A stretch of 64,000 nucleotides of DNA from positions 62,001 to 126,000 of IMG/VR virus record IMGVR_UViG_3300031707_000001, one strand, 5' to 3'. A program made the position numbers and the translations under genes. Of the stretch, positions 36,001-45,025 are shown piece after piece. The notes beneath the pieces were generated by a model. The model searched no databases. It was not told the origin of the DNA and saw only the letters and a program-made list of their open reading frames with translations. The number at the start of each line of letters is the position of its first letter. The first letter of the stretch is position 1.

Positions 36001-37393
36001 AGTATCGCTCATGCCTATGACCGATGCTGACGTAGATAGCTTGTCTAAAGGCAAACTGGAGAGCAAGCGTCCATTCGATATGGTAACGCCTGACTTTGAA
36101 CCTATACCTGGTGGGCTGTTCGACATGGGCAAGACAGGTGGCATGAACGGCAATCGCTGGACCCATATCGATCTTGTTGAACCTTTGCCCAACCCTGTGA
36201 TGGAGGAGCCTATTCGCCGAATACTTGGCTTGAAGGTACAGGAACTCAGGGATGTAGTTTCCGGCAAAGCATCCATCAATGGCTTGGCCGGTGGACGTGG
36301 ACTGCAGGAAGCCCTAAAGAATATAGACATTGATGCTGCCATTGAAGAGCACAAGGACAAGGTCAAGTCGCTGCGTGGATCCAACCGTGACAATTCCGTA
36401 AAGGTATTGGGATATTTGTCAGCAGCGAAGAAGCAGGGTGTGCATCCTTCAGCCTGGATGATCACCAAGGTACCCGTACTTCCACCTAAGTTTCGACCCG
36501 TATCACGTATGGGCGACGTTGCATTGATTACCGATCTAAATGAGCTATATGCCTCAGTCATGGAAGTAAACAATAACATCCGTGACATGCGCAAGGTATT
36601 GCCGGAGAGTGAGACAGCAGAACAGAAAGAGTTGCTATATGATGCAGTCTCGGCCGCATTTGGTTTGGGCGATCCCATTACTACAGAAGGTAAGTCCAAG
36701 CGTTTGAAGGGCGCCATTCGTCAGATTATTGGGGCCAGCCCAAAGTCTGGAATGTTCCAATCCCGGGTTATCTCTAAGACTGTAAGCGATGTAGGGCGTG
36801 GCGTAGTAACGCCCGATCCTAATCTGGATATGGACAGCATTGGCATTCCAGAGGATTCAGCGTGGAGTCTCTATAAAGACTTTGTAATGCGCCGACTGGT
36901 ACGTCGGGGTTATCCGTCCGTACGATCGTTGGAACTGATTGAGAAGAAAGATCCAGTTGCCAAGGAAATGTTGGAAGCTGAAATGGCTAGCCGGCCTGTA
37001 TTGGTGGACCGGGCCCCAACGTGGCACAAGTTCAATCTGTTGGCTATGTATCCACACATTTCGGACGGCAATACTATCCGTGTATCGCCACTGGTGACCA
37101 AGGGATTCAACATGGACTTCGACGGCGACCAGGCCAACTTCCACGTTCCCGTGAGCGATAAAGCTGTTGAACAAGCCAAGAACAAAATGCTACCATCACG
37201 CAATTTGTTCAGCTTGACCGATTTGAAATCGGTACGTCACTCTCCATCCATGGAGATGACATTGGGTCTATATTGGCTGACCCGGGAAAAGACAGGTAAG
37301 GCACCGTTGCGGTTTGCTTCGCTTACAGATGCTAAGAAAGCATACCACGAAGGCAAGATTGGGTTGAACGATCCGATCACAATAGGAGCATAA
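33002..37393 (+). CDS. rpoB: phage multisubunit RNA polymerase: beta subunit fused to the N-terminal half of beta' (contains the catalytic DFDGD)
   Basis: Beta motifs GTFIFNG, MSYEDAYVISE, GDKLSTRFGLKGVV, LLNPMGVLSR, HLAEKKLSARG. Beta' motifs WMITKVPVLPPKFRP, DLNELY, VLVDRAPTWHK, FNMDFDGDQANFHVP. Confidence 0.95.
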   Translation: MPQLPENLREFDDTDKTRELIYSNVMDSLQKRFPIEDNEYRLELSGLKYSGPQHFSLDQQKQALMKDRHLHTPITGKWRLMDKANNAVLGEKEDVVMNVPYYTPRGTFIFNGNEYSTVNQSRLKPGAYTRKRKTGEVETQFNVRPGTGRPFHLRLEPETGIFRISVEQSNIPLYTLLNTLGVSDKELMQAWGPEMLEANIKKQDKRALPKMYERFSGYKYDPNAREDQMKQYINEALAKFELDPDVMARTLGIRDTKNVTPQALIRATQKMLNVSKGTEEPDDRDAPMYSNIYSVEDLLQERIDKDAGRLAKTLLYKARRTKNLDHVRRGALDPYIMGQNGFLLASRLTMPLEETNPLHTLEQSARITKLGQGGISSAESITDAARDVNNGQFGFVDPITGPEHINVGIDVRAAYKSFKGKDKQIYGEFRHPGSGKMFYLRPEDVADKAVAFPGEMKKPGDTAVVMQNGKIKRVAKPEVDFEVPSFGHMMSSHTNMNPMPTAVLPGRQFYGAKFWSQYLPMVDGETPLVDSLTPEGKQTFGEYYGRKVGALNSKVAGTVAKITDNSITVVGDDGQKHVTELVKDFPFNRLTGISYFPAVKPGDRVNVGDMVAHSNFTDSKTGGINMGRNLKTLMMPARGMSYEDAYVISESASKKMTTERLYGFDQESRQGVDIGKNKFISTFAQKFTKDQVSNIDDEGVVKPGTVVSKGDPLILAVGPKLLTSADAQLGKLHKVLRNAFTDKSVIWESNYPGTVTDVAMTGHGARVNVKSIPPVQVGDKLSTRFGLKGVVGRILPDDQMPRDLVTNDPYDMLLNPMGVLSRVAPNQIIEMNLAKIAKKTGQPIRLPQEPPPEGWAAWAKKQMDAAGIKEDNDIFDPVTGKTIKGVSDGFVYTAAFHHLAEKKLSARGESGAYTIDEQPAKGGFEGAKRFSQMDVNATLAHGAPEVIRDVQLIRGTKNEEFWKALKLGRPLPEPTVPFIYDKFLNTLRAGGVNVQEKGDIVSLMPMTDADVDSLSKGKLESKRPFDMVTPDFEPIPGGLFDMGKTGGMNGNRWTHIDLVEPLPNPVMEEPIRRILGLKVQELRDVVSGKASINGLAGGRGLQEALKNIDIDAAIEEHKDKVKSLRGSNRDNSVKVLGYLSAAKKQGVHPSAWMITKVPVLPPKFRPVSRMGDVALITDLNELYASVMEVNNNIRDMRKVLPESETAEQKELLYDAVSAAFGLGDPITTEGKSKRLKGAIRQIIGASPKSGMFQSRVISKTVSDVGRGVVTPDPNLDMDSIGIPEDSAWSLYKDFVMRRLVRRGYPSVRSLELIEKKDPVAKEMLEAEMASRPVLVDRAPTWHKFNLLAMYPHISDGNTIRVSPLVTKGFNMDFDGDQANFHVPVSDKAVEQAKNKMLPSRNLFSLTDLKSVRHSPSMEMTLGLYWLTREKTGKAPLRFASLTDAKKAYHEGKIGLNDPITIGA

Positions 37394-37394
37394 C

Positions 37395-37610
37395 ATGACG
37401 GTAAAGCAAGCATACTTGTGTGGGTTTATTGAGAAACTGGCTGCTCCCCTGCTTGGCCTGGGATCATCTGATCCCCGGTTGATAAAGCAGATTGCAGATC
37501 AGCTACGTACGCTTATGCGAACCAACCCGATTGTTCCTCGTCCGGCATTACATCCAGCATACGCACAATTGGAGAACAAATACAGACCCGTCAAACTTTC
37601 GGACAGGTAA
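37395..37610 (+). CDS. small protein with leader-family motif
   Basis: KQAYLCGFIEKLAA. Confidence 0.55.
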   Translation: MTVKQAYLCGFIEKLAAPLLGLGSSDPRLIKQIADQLRTLMRTNPIVPRPALHPAYAQLENKYRPVKLSDR

Positions 37611-38057
37611 GTGAAATTCATAACTACGAACATGTGCACGGCCCGGCAGTACTGCCTGGTGTGCCGGCAGAAAGACGAAGGACGTGAATGGCGGACGCTG
37701 ATAGGTCGCATTTACGAAACGGAAGGTATTGACTTTCCTTGTCCAAATGGAATGCCGTGGATTGAACAAGGACAGACATTCGATCCGTTTGCCGTCGAGG
37801 TAAAGCCCCAGATTCAGTTGCCGATGGACTACGGAAACCTGGGTGACCTGGTTAGAAAACACGCAATCGAACTGAAAAAGCTGTTGCCTGATAGCCGGCT
37901 GAATGTAGCTTTGGATGAAGTCATAGCCTCCGAGAATAGTGGTACCTGTACCGGTTGCGTGAGGGGAAAGATGTTGCGGAAACTAGGTGAATTCGTGCGG
38001 ACGTTGCCTGAAGAAGAGAAGTTGGTTATCAGCAAGATAGTTGCCTATAAACCATAA
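37611..38057 (+). CDS. Cys-rich hypothetical protein
   Basis: CTARQYCLVCR, FPCP, CTGC. Confidence 0.6.
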   Translation: MKFITTNMCTARQYCLVCRQKDEGREWRTLIGRIYETEGIDFPCPNGMPWIEQGQTFDPFAVEVKPQIQLPMDYGNLGDLVRKHAIELKKLLPDSRLNVALDEVIASENSGTCTGCVRGKMLRKLGEFVRTLPEEEKLVISKIVAYKP

Positions 38058-38305
38058 TGAGGCATACAATGTGTAAGTGTGGCGTAAACAAGCTGTGCTT
38101 GGTGCCGATAGATGCCCGGGATTCACATATTAAGCTTGCGTATTGGACACTAAAGGGTATAGATGCCTGCATAGCCGATAAGGTGAATGCATTGAACAGA
38201 GCAGGCAAGCTTACACGGTGTTCCTGTTGTGGGCACGGAAAGGTATCCGGAAGTATAATGCTGCACGACAACACGGTCATCTCAACAGGTATGGCTAAAG
38301 TTTAG
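38057..38305 (+). CDS. small Cys-rich protein
   Basis: CKCG..CLVP; CSCCG. Confidence 0.5.
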   Translation: MRHTMCKCGVNKLCLVPIDARDSHIKLAYWTLKGIDACIADKVNALNRAGKLTRCSCCGHGKVSGSIMLHDNTVISTGMAKV

Positions 38306-38360
38306 CCTTGTAGCTGAATATACGTTTGAAGTATAGTATTGTTGAAAAAGGAGAAGCTGA

Positions 38361-38945
38361 ATGAATAATGTAAATCGTTTGGACCGAACTCTGCTGGAAG
38401 AAGTCAAGAAAGCTTTTGTATCTATGCCTGGCGGTGCTGATCCCTCCATGGGTGCTGGACCTGTAGCTGGTGGCGGAATGCTTACCCAGGCACAAGCTTC
38501 TCCAATGGGCGGAACTCCGCCTATGGATCCTTCCATGATGGGTGGTGCTGGCGGCGGTGGGGCACCTATGGACCCCTCAATGGCCGGCGGTGGAGCACCT
38601 ATGGATCCTTCCATGATGGGTGGCGCTGGTGGACCTCCACCTGATGCTGGTGGTGGAATGCCTCCTCCAGATGCAGGAGCTATGCCGCCTGATGCAGGCG
38701 CAATGCCTCCTCCTCAAAGTCAGATCACAATGTCTGTTCCTGATCTCATTAGTTTGATACAAGCTCTGGGCCCGGCCGGAGCCAAAGCGAAAACACCCAA
38801 AGCCGAAGGCGGAGGCGCTGCCCCAGCCGCTGGTGGCGGTAATACATCAGGACTTGAAGCCAAGATCGATCAGTTGACTCAGATGTTGGCTGGACTTGGC
38901 GGACCTGCTGCTGGTGGATCTGCTGGTGGTGCTCCGGCACAATAA
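38361..38945 (+). CDS. low-complexity Gly/Pro/Met-rich protein
   Basis: Repeated PMDPSM(M/A)GG and MPPDAG units. Confidence 0.65.
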   Translation: MNNVNRLDRTLLEEVKKAFVSMPGGADPSMGAGPVAGGGMLTQAQASPMGGTPPMDPSMMGGAGGGGAPMDPSMAGGGAPMDPSMMGGAGGPPPDAGGGMPPPDAGAMPPDAGAMPPPQSQITMSVPDLISLIQALGPAGAKAKTPKAEGGGAAPAAGGGNTSGLEAKIDQLTQMLAGLGGPAAGGSAGGAPAQ

Positions 38946-39205
38946 TGTCCGAACTAGGAAAAAGCCGAATAGTCGTTCGTGGGTCGAATATTCTCAAGCC
39001 GCCGTTGTTAGAGACTTCGGATGCCAGCATCATAGAATTCTACGACGGCTACAACGAATTGATGGCACTATTGGTGCGGGTGCTTTCAACTAATGCTTGG
39101 GGATTGGTAACCAAGAACGATCCAGACTGGAACGAAACCAAGATCCGTTACGGCTACATGAACGTATCGAAACCCTTTGGTGAAGTTATACGCACAGGAC
39201 TGTGA
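38945..39205 (+). CDS. hypothetical protein
   Basis: TAATG coupling. Confidence 0.55.
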   Translation: MSELGKSRIVVRGSNILKPPLLETSDASIIEFYDGYNELMALLVRVLSTNAWGLVTKNDPDWNETKIRYGYMNVSKPFGEVIRTGL

Positions 39206-39215
39206 GGTAATACTT

Positions 39216-39746
39216 ATGGACAACCCACAATTGGGATTTACCCAAAGGCTCGATGTTGAATTGAAATCTTGTAGTATGCCATCGCACGATCCTCGAAGAG
39301 GTTCAACGGAAGAATTGATTCGTGACATGCATAGGATCCTCACAGGCAACGGAGACTTCAACCACGGTTTGATCTTCAAGGTGGCGTCTGCCAATACCAA
39401 CCTGGGAATGCTACAGGAAAGTGTAAATGGTATGTCAACCAAACTAGATGGTCAGATTACAAAATGTCTGGCGATACAGAATGCCCACGCACTTGAGGCG
39501 GCAGAGAGGACGACAGTAGCCAAGGTAGGAAGAGCCATATGGGAAAACAAGTCCTTGATTTTTGTGATTGTTCTTGGAGCTTTAGTATACTGGGGAACTA
39601 TTACCAAACAGGCAGCGGCGGGCATTGGAGAAGAAAAGCTGGCGAAGTTGGTTGATGCTCGAATAGAGAAAATTCTTCCCGGCGGCACTTCGTTATTGCC
39701 ATCCAAACAGCAACCCAATCCAACCAAACAAATCAAGACACCTTGA
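39216..39746 (+). CDS. coiled-coil protein with one C-proximal TM helix
   Basis: SLIFVIVLGALVYWGTI. GAGGT RBS. Confidence 0.55.
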   Translation: MDNPQLGFTQRLDVELKSCSMPSHDPRRGSTEELIRDMHRILTGNGDFNHGLIFKVASANTNLGMLQESVNGMSTKLDGQITKCLAIQNAHALEAAERTTVAKVGRAIWENKSLIFVIVLGALVYWGTITKQAAAGIGEEKLAKLVDARIEKILPGGTSLLPSKQQPNPTKQIKTP

Positions 39747-41602
39747 TGAAGCCTACCACCCTCGGACAAATCCTAGTCAATGACGCTCTTCCAGAAAAGT
39801 TCAGGAACTATGATCGTGTCCTGACCAAGGCAGAAGCAGATACGTTATTGACACAGATAGCCAAGGAAGTTCCCGATCAGTACAAGCATATTTCGTGGGA
39901 ACTTGTACAATTGGGAAAGGAAGCTGCTTTCACAGAAGGAAGCACACTCAAACTATCCGATCTACAGCCTGTATTCGACAAGACTGATCTACTCAAGCAT
40001 GTTGAACAGCAGGAGAAAAAGATCAAAGCCAGCAAAAGCATGACCGAGGAAGAAAAGCAGCAAGCCCTGGAAACAGTTTATACAGAAGTGCAGAAACTTA
40101 TCGTGGATCAAACATATGATTCGGCTTTAGCCAACAACAATCCGTTTGCCATTCAAGTAAAGTCAAAAGCTCGTGGTAACAAGTCGCAGTTGACGGCACT
40201 ACTGTCAACCCCATCTGTCTATCAGGATGCACAGGAACGCACCATACCGGTATTCATTCGTCGGAGCTATTCCGAAGGACTCGATCCTCACGAATACTGG
40301 GCATCTACATATGGCGCCCGCAAGGCCATTATCGCCACCAAGTTTGCAACCCGGGATGCTGGTGCGTTGGGTAAGCAGCTGGGAGTAGCTGTATCCAACT
40401 TGGTTGTGACTCAAGACGATTGTGGTACACCAGCCGGCATTCCGGTACCTACGGACGATAAAGACAATGTCGGAGCAGTTTTGTCCAGGAATACTGGACG
40501 CTATCCAGCCGGAACTGTAATTACCAAAGAAGTCTTAGCCGATTTGAAGCAGAAGAAAATGGACGAGATTGTTGTGCGTTCACCTATGACCTGTAGTTTG
40601 GCGGAAGGCGTTTGCAAACGGTGTGCCGGCTTACGGGAAGATGGAAACTTCCCACCAATCGGTTATCATCTGGGATTGAATGCTTCATCGGCTTTAGCTG
40701 AACGTATTGCACAGGCATCTCTTAATCAGAAGCATACAGGTGGACAACGTGATCCCAAAGGACACATCGTTTATGCTGGATTCGATGTGATTAACAACCT
40801 GGCCCAGGTTCCAAAGAATTTCCCAAATCGTGCTACAGTTGCAGAACACGAAGGTACAGTCGATAAGATTGAGGAAGCGCCACAGGGTGGTTGGAACGTA
40901 ATCATTGATAACAACGCCCACTACGTTCCGGCCGATCGGCCATTGCTTGTGAAGGAAGGTGACAAAGTAGAGCAAGGCGATACGCTTTCCGAAGGTATTG
41001 TCAATCCCGCTGATGCGGTACGTTTGAAGGGTATAGGAGAAGGCAGACGCTATTTTGCTGAGCGGTTTACCAAAGCTTTCAGGGAATCAGACTTTGAAGT
41101 CAACCGAAGAAACGTTGAAGCTGTAGCCAGGGCATCCATCGATCATGTAAGCGTAGACGATCCAGAAGGCGTCGGTGACTTCCTGCCCGGAGACATCATT
41201 TCGTATAGCGGGGTTGCACATTCTTATCGTCCTCGTGCAGATGCCCAGCAGTTGGATCCAGCCAAAGCCAAAGGTATGTATCTGGAACAGCCCGCATTAC
41301 ACTATACGATTGGTACACGGCTTACAGGTAAAATGGCTGAGGCATTAAAGAAGCACGGAGTGGGTAGTGTAATCGTACATCCACAGCCTGCAGGGTTCAG
41401 TTCTACCATGGTTGGTGTAACCAAGGTTCCGGCGTATACAGACGACTGGATGGCCAGATTGGGCTCTACATACTTGGAATCCCGCCTACTTGAAGATGTT
41501 CAACGTGGTGCAAAATCCAACGTGCACGGGCTAGAACCGTTGCCTGGTATTGCGAAAGGTGTTGAATTCGGTCAGCCGAAAGGTTCAAAATTTACTTACT
41601 AG
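39746..41602 (+). CDS. rpoC: phage RNA polymerase beta' C-terminal half
   Basis: TTLGQILVN, SKARGNKSQ, SYSEGL..EYWASTYGARK (bridge-helix region), VTQDDCGT, VRSPMTC..VCKRC, ASSALAERIAQASLNQKHTGG (trigger-loop region). Confidence 0.93.
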   Translation: MKPTTLGQILVNDALPEKFRNYDRVLTKAEADTLLTQIAKEVPDQYKHISWELVQLGKEAAFTEGSTLKLSDLQPVFDKTDLLKHVEQQEKKIKASKSMTEEEKQQALETVYTEVQKLIVDQTYDSALANNNPFAIQVKSKARGNKSQLTALLSTPSVYQDAQERTIPVFIRRSYSEGLDPHEYWASTYGARKAIIATKFATRDAGALGKQLGVAVSNLVVTQDDCGTPAGIPVPTDDKDNVGAVLSRNTGRYPAGTVITKEVLADLKQKKMDEIVVRSPMTCSLAEGVCKRCAGLREDGNFPPIGYHLGLNASSALAERIAQASLNQKHTGGQRDPKGHIVYAGFDVINNLAQVPKNFPNRATVAEHEGTVDKIEEAPQGGWNVIIDNNAHYVPADRPLLVKEGDKVEQGDTLSEGIVNPADAVRLKGIGEGRRYFAERFTKAFRESDFEVNRRNVEAVARASIDHVSVDDPEGVGDFLPGDIISYSGVAHSYRPRADAQQLDPAKAKGMYLEQPALHYTIGTRLTGKMAEALKKHGVGSVIVHPQPAGFSSTMVGVTKVPAYTDDWMARLGSTYLESRLLEDVQRGAKSNVHGLEPLPGIAKGVEFGQPKGSKFTY

Positions 41603-41679
41603 TGCTTGCAAATGGCTAGAAGCTTATGATATAAATAGAGTTGGCATATAGCTTGGATCAGAACAAGGAGCACCGTAAC

Positions 41680-44025
41680 ATGTCAAAGTTTACTTCGTTG
41701 CTAGCGAATCTGCCCGTCGGACTTACCAAGAACGCCGATATTGAAAGTCCAGATGAGGTACAACTGGAACAAGATTTTGCACGTCTGGCCTATACATTCC
41801 TCAAGGACCGGGCTGCAGGTTTGATTCCATATCTGTTGGGATTTGAAGTCGTCGAACGTGAAGAGGACGGATCGAAGGCCGTAGGAATGTTTGGTTTCAA
41901 GATCGGTAAGGACTATTACTACGTGCCGGCTTTCTTCGTGAACAACCAGATCAAAGGCATGGATCTGCTATTTTCGAAGAGCACTAATATGTTCGTGCCG
42001 CTTCGTGAGCCGTGGATCAACCACATCATCAATCGGCAGACCATTCAGTTGGGCGGACCTATTTCTGAGCCAGAGCCTCTTCTTCGCCGGCAGTTTGAGC
42101 GTCCCCGTTTCGACTTCCTGGCCACACCACCTACGTTTCCTACAGGTATTCCAAAGGCATCAGAAGTCAAGTCAGCTGAAGCTATCCAAGCTGGGTTCAG
42201 TGCTTGGAATGACTTGCAGCAAGCTATTATAGATTCCGTCGAAAAAGATGCCGAGTTTCAGAAGGCGTGGGCAGGTGCTATTGCTCGTCTGGAGGGCACA
42301 CCGCTACCGTTCGAAAAGACGGCCGAAGGAAGCCGGTTGATCGATTGGATTGAAAAGAAGGGTGGAGTAAAAGCCGTCAACGTATTGTTCAAGACGATCA
42401 CAGAGAATCCAGGATTTGCCAAAGCAGCGTTGACGTTCTATCCCAATATTGAATCCTTGTTCGTAACGAAGTTTGCTGCTGAACTGGCGCCAGTGAAACA
42501 AGCTGCGAAGATTACAGTGATCACTGAAAAGACTGATTGGGTAGACGGTAAGGAAAAGAAACGCTTGGTGCGGGACGGGTTTACTATCCACGATACACGG
42601 GAACCTTCGGAGAAGTCCGAGACCTACGAGGTGGATTATGTCAAACGCTTCACAGCTCCAGATAAACCGGGTTTGTACAACGTGCTGCTACGTAACGGTG
42701 GGACGACACAGGCTTGGGTCTTCATGCCCTCTGCAGCGGCAAAGAACAAGTATTTGCTCGTTGTCGATACCGACGCCAAGAACTACTTCATGGCCGAACC
42801 CGGAGCACTATTTGTCCGAGATTCAGACATTATCGAAGGTCCCAATGCTTACTCAAAGGCCATAGATTTGTCTGATATGAAGATTGGGCACAAGTACATT
42901 ATGATCAATGCCCACGGGGAAGCATCTGTGCCAGTTGAAATCCGAAGCATCGTTGCTGAAGACGGTAAACGCATAAAGATGCACGTATACCATTTGAGTG
43001 GACCAAAGTATGAACGCCCAACTTACGGGCACGACTTCTCCACGCTGAAGACACACAGCAATATGGAACTGCAGAACGGGCCTGGCATTTGTGATCGGGA
43101 CTACATCCAGTTGGCTGACTATGAAGGCCGCAACTTGGCACAGGCTGGCCGTGATACAATCATTGTTCCAAGCAATTGGAAAGCATTGGAGATTCAGCCG
43201 GGCAACAAGGACATGGAAAGTTATGAGGCCAAGAACGTACAGGAAGACATGTTCCAGCCTGGCTCACAAACTGACGTAATGGATGCTTTGGCAAAGAACG
43301 CCTTCCACAAGGTTACGGTTGGATCCGATGACAAACTAGAGTATTACATCCAGATGGACGATAGCTTCGTGGACGGTAAGCCCATGAACTATAAGACAGC
43401 CATGGTTCGACTCGTATCCAAGTATGGCCTGGGTGTGGATGATTCAGAAACCATGCTCAAGGAAGCCAAGGATAACTTCAAGTCCAAGCGTCTCGTCAAG
43501 TTTGCACAGAGCCCAATGGTTGGTGTATACATGCCTCCAGAACAGCCTGTGACATATGGAATAGACGAGTTCAGTGGCGTAACAGAACAGCCGGCGCAGA
43601 ATCAGTTTATGCATGGCCAGATGACCGGCGTAGTTCCTCCACAGAACACAATGCGTCCTGGGTTCAACATTGGTGGTGAAACAGCCATGGACCTACAGGC
43701 AGCAGGGTTAGGCCAGGAAGCCGCAGGCGCCGGGCAGAAACAAGTATTCGACCACTCTACAATCGGGGGGCTGTCCAAGGTCTACGATTCCGGTGCAGTG
43801 ATTGATTCCTATGTTCCGGAACTGATGAAGTCCTTGGACCGTTTGGGACGTATCCTGTTCTTGTTCTATTGGAAGAACGAAGAGTTTACAGAACGCTATG
43901 GCAACGAAGACATGGCGGAAATGGAAGATACCATTCGGGGCGTGTTCAAGAGCTTTGGCGACCTGGTACTGCAGCTTCGTGAGAAGACCATTGGTTCCGA
44001 GGAATCAACGAACACGATCATATAA
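41680..44025 (+). CDS. large putative head/core structural protein
   Basis: AAGGAG RBS; KNA/KAS/KQA/KFA motifs; position in the head cluster. Confidence 0.6.
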   Translation: MSKFTSLLANLPVGLTKNADIESPDEVQLEQDFARLAYTFLKDRAAGLIPYLLGFEVVEREEDGSKAVGMFGFKIGKDYYYVPAFFVNNQIKGMDLLFSKSTNMFVPLREPWINHIINRQTIQLGGPISEPEPLLRRQFERPRFDFLATPPTFPTGIPKASEVKSAEAIQAGFSAWNDLQQAIIDSVEKDAEFQKAWAGAIARLEGTPLPFEKTAEGSRLIDWIEKKGGVKAVNVLFKTITENPGFAKAALTFYPNIESLFVTKFAAELAPVKQAAKITVITEKTDWVDGKEKKRLVRDGFTIHDTREPSEKSETYEVDYVKRFTAPDKPGLYNVLLRNGGTTQAWVFMPSAAAKNKYLLVVDTDAKNYFMAEPGALFVRDSDIIEGPNAYSKAIDLSDMKIGHKYIMINAHGEASVPVEIRSIVAEDGKRIKMHVYHLSGPKYERPTYGHDFSTLKTHSNMELQNGPGICDRDYIQLADYEGRNLAQAGRDTIIVPSNWKALEIQPGNKDMESYEAKNVQEDMFQPGSQTDVMDALAKNAFHKVTVGSDDKLEYYIQMDDSFVDGKPMNYKTAMVRLVSKYGLGVDDSETMLKEAKDNFKSKRLVKFAQSPMVGVYMPPEQPVTYGIDEFSGVTEQPAQNQFMHGQMTGVVPPQNTMRPGFNIGGETAMDLQAAGLGQEAAGAGQKQVFDHSTIGGLSKVYDSGAVIDSYVPELMKSLDRLGRILFLFYWKNEEFTERYGNEDMAEMEDTIRGVFKSFGDLVLQLREKTIGSEESTNTII

Positions 44026-45014
44026 TGGAAATAGGTACTAAAACCGACAATGTTGTGGTTTGGACCCCATACGATGCGCTGTATCCGCAATTCGATTCAA
44101 GTTGGCGACATGGCGTGGCAAAAGGCATGGTCGACCATTCGAATTGGATATGTGCACTCCCAGAAATTGGTAAAGATCCTTGGGTCAGGGATCTCAAGGA
44201 CTATTTGGCTCAGTGTCGTAAATGGGGGCCTGATAGTTGTTTGGATAAAAGACTTTGGCCTTACCGCTATGTTATGGCCTGGCATGATCCAGGAAATTTG
44301 AATCAGATACGCTTTCGTTTGGAAGCGTTGTTGCTGACTGGAGCACCGTTCGATGTTATCAGCATGGACCTATCAGGTGGAGAATTGCCACCACAGCTAT
44401 TTCAGCTCTATGAAAAGATTTTCTTCAATGTCAGGGACAAGGACGGCCGGTTGCACGAATCCAGTTTCATTAGGATGAATGCGGCGCTGCCTGGAGGCCA
44501 GGCGTTGGATCGGAATACCCCGGCTGATGTGCTGTGGAAGTACATTGGCATGCGTTACGGGTATACCGGGTTGGTGTGGTACTGGGGAATGCCCAATCCA
44601 CACGGTAAATTGGAACACGATACGTTGATTATGGACGAGTTATGGCGTACAGCCCAGGCTATCATGATGGAAAGCGTGTTGCGACGAACCATAAATAACT
44701 TTGACCTGAACCACAATTTAGGCCAATATATAGATTATCAGCGTATGAGACACGAAACCGGAAAATCGACCGCAAAAGAAAATCAGGCCGAACTTGTTCT
44801 GTTGCAAGTCCTGCAGAAGTTTGCGCCCACTATGTTGGCAGCAAGCACCGAAATTGATAAGCAGCACGAGCGCACGGAGGCTATACGTAATCGACTGGCT
44901 GCCCAGGCGAATGTGGCGCAGCAGGTCATACCTGATTTTGGTAAGGATGTCGGGATGATTGGAATTGACAATTACATCAAACAGCACTTCAAAGAGGCTG
45001 ATCCGCAGAAGTAA
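44025..45014 (+). CDS. hypothetical protein (source of the sequence duplicated at 10266-10368)
   Basis: 329-aa coupled ORF. Confidence 0.7.
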   Translation: MEIGTKTDNVVVWTPYDALYPQFDSSWRHGVAKGMVDHSNWICALPEIGKDPWVRDLKDYLAQCRKWGPDSCLDKRLWPYRYVMAWHDPGNLNQIRFRLEALLLTGAPFDVISMDLSGGELPPQLFQLYEKIFFNVRDKDGRLHESSFIRMNAALPGGQALDRNTPADVLWKYIGMRYGYTGLVWYWGMPNPHGKLEHDTLIMDELWRTAQAIMMESVLRRTINNFDLNHNLGQYIDYQRMRHETGKSTAKENQAELVLLQVLQKFAPTMLAASTEIDKQHERTEAIRNRLAAQANVAQQVIPDFGKDVGMIGIDNYIKQHFKEADPQK

Positions 45015-45025
45015 GGAGCAAACTC

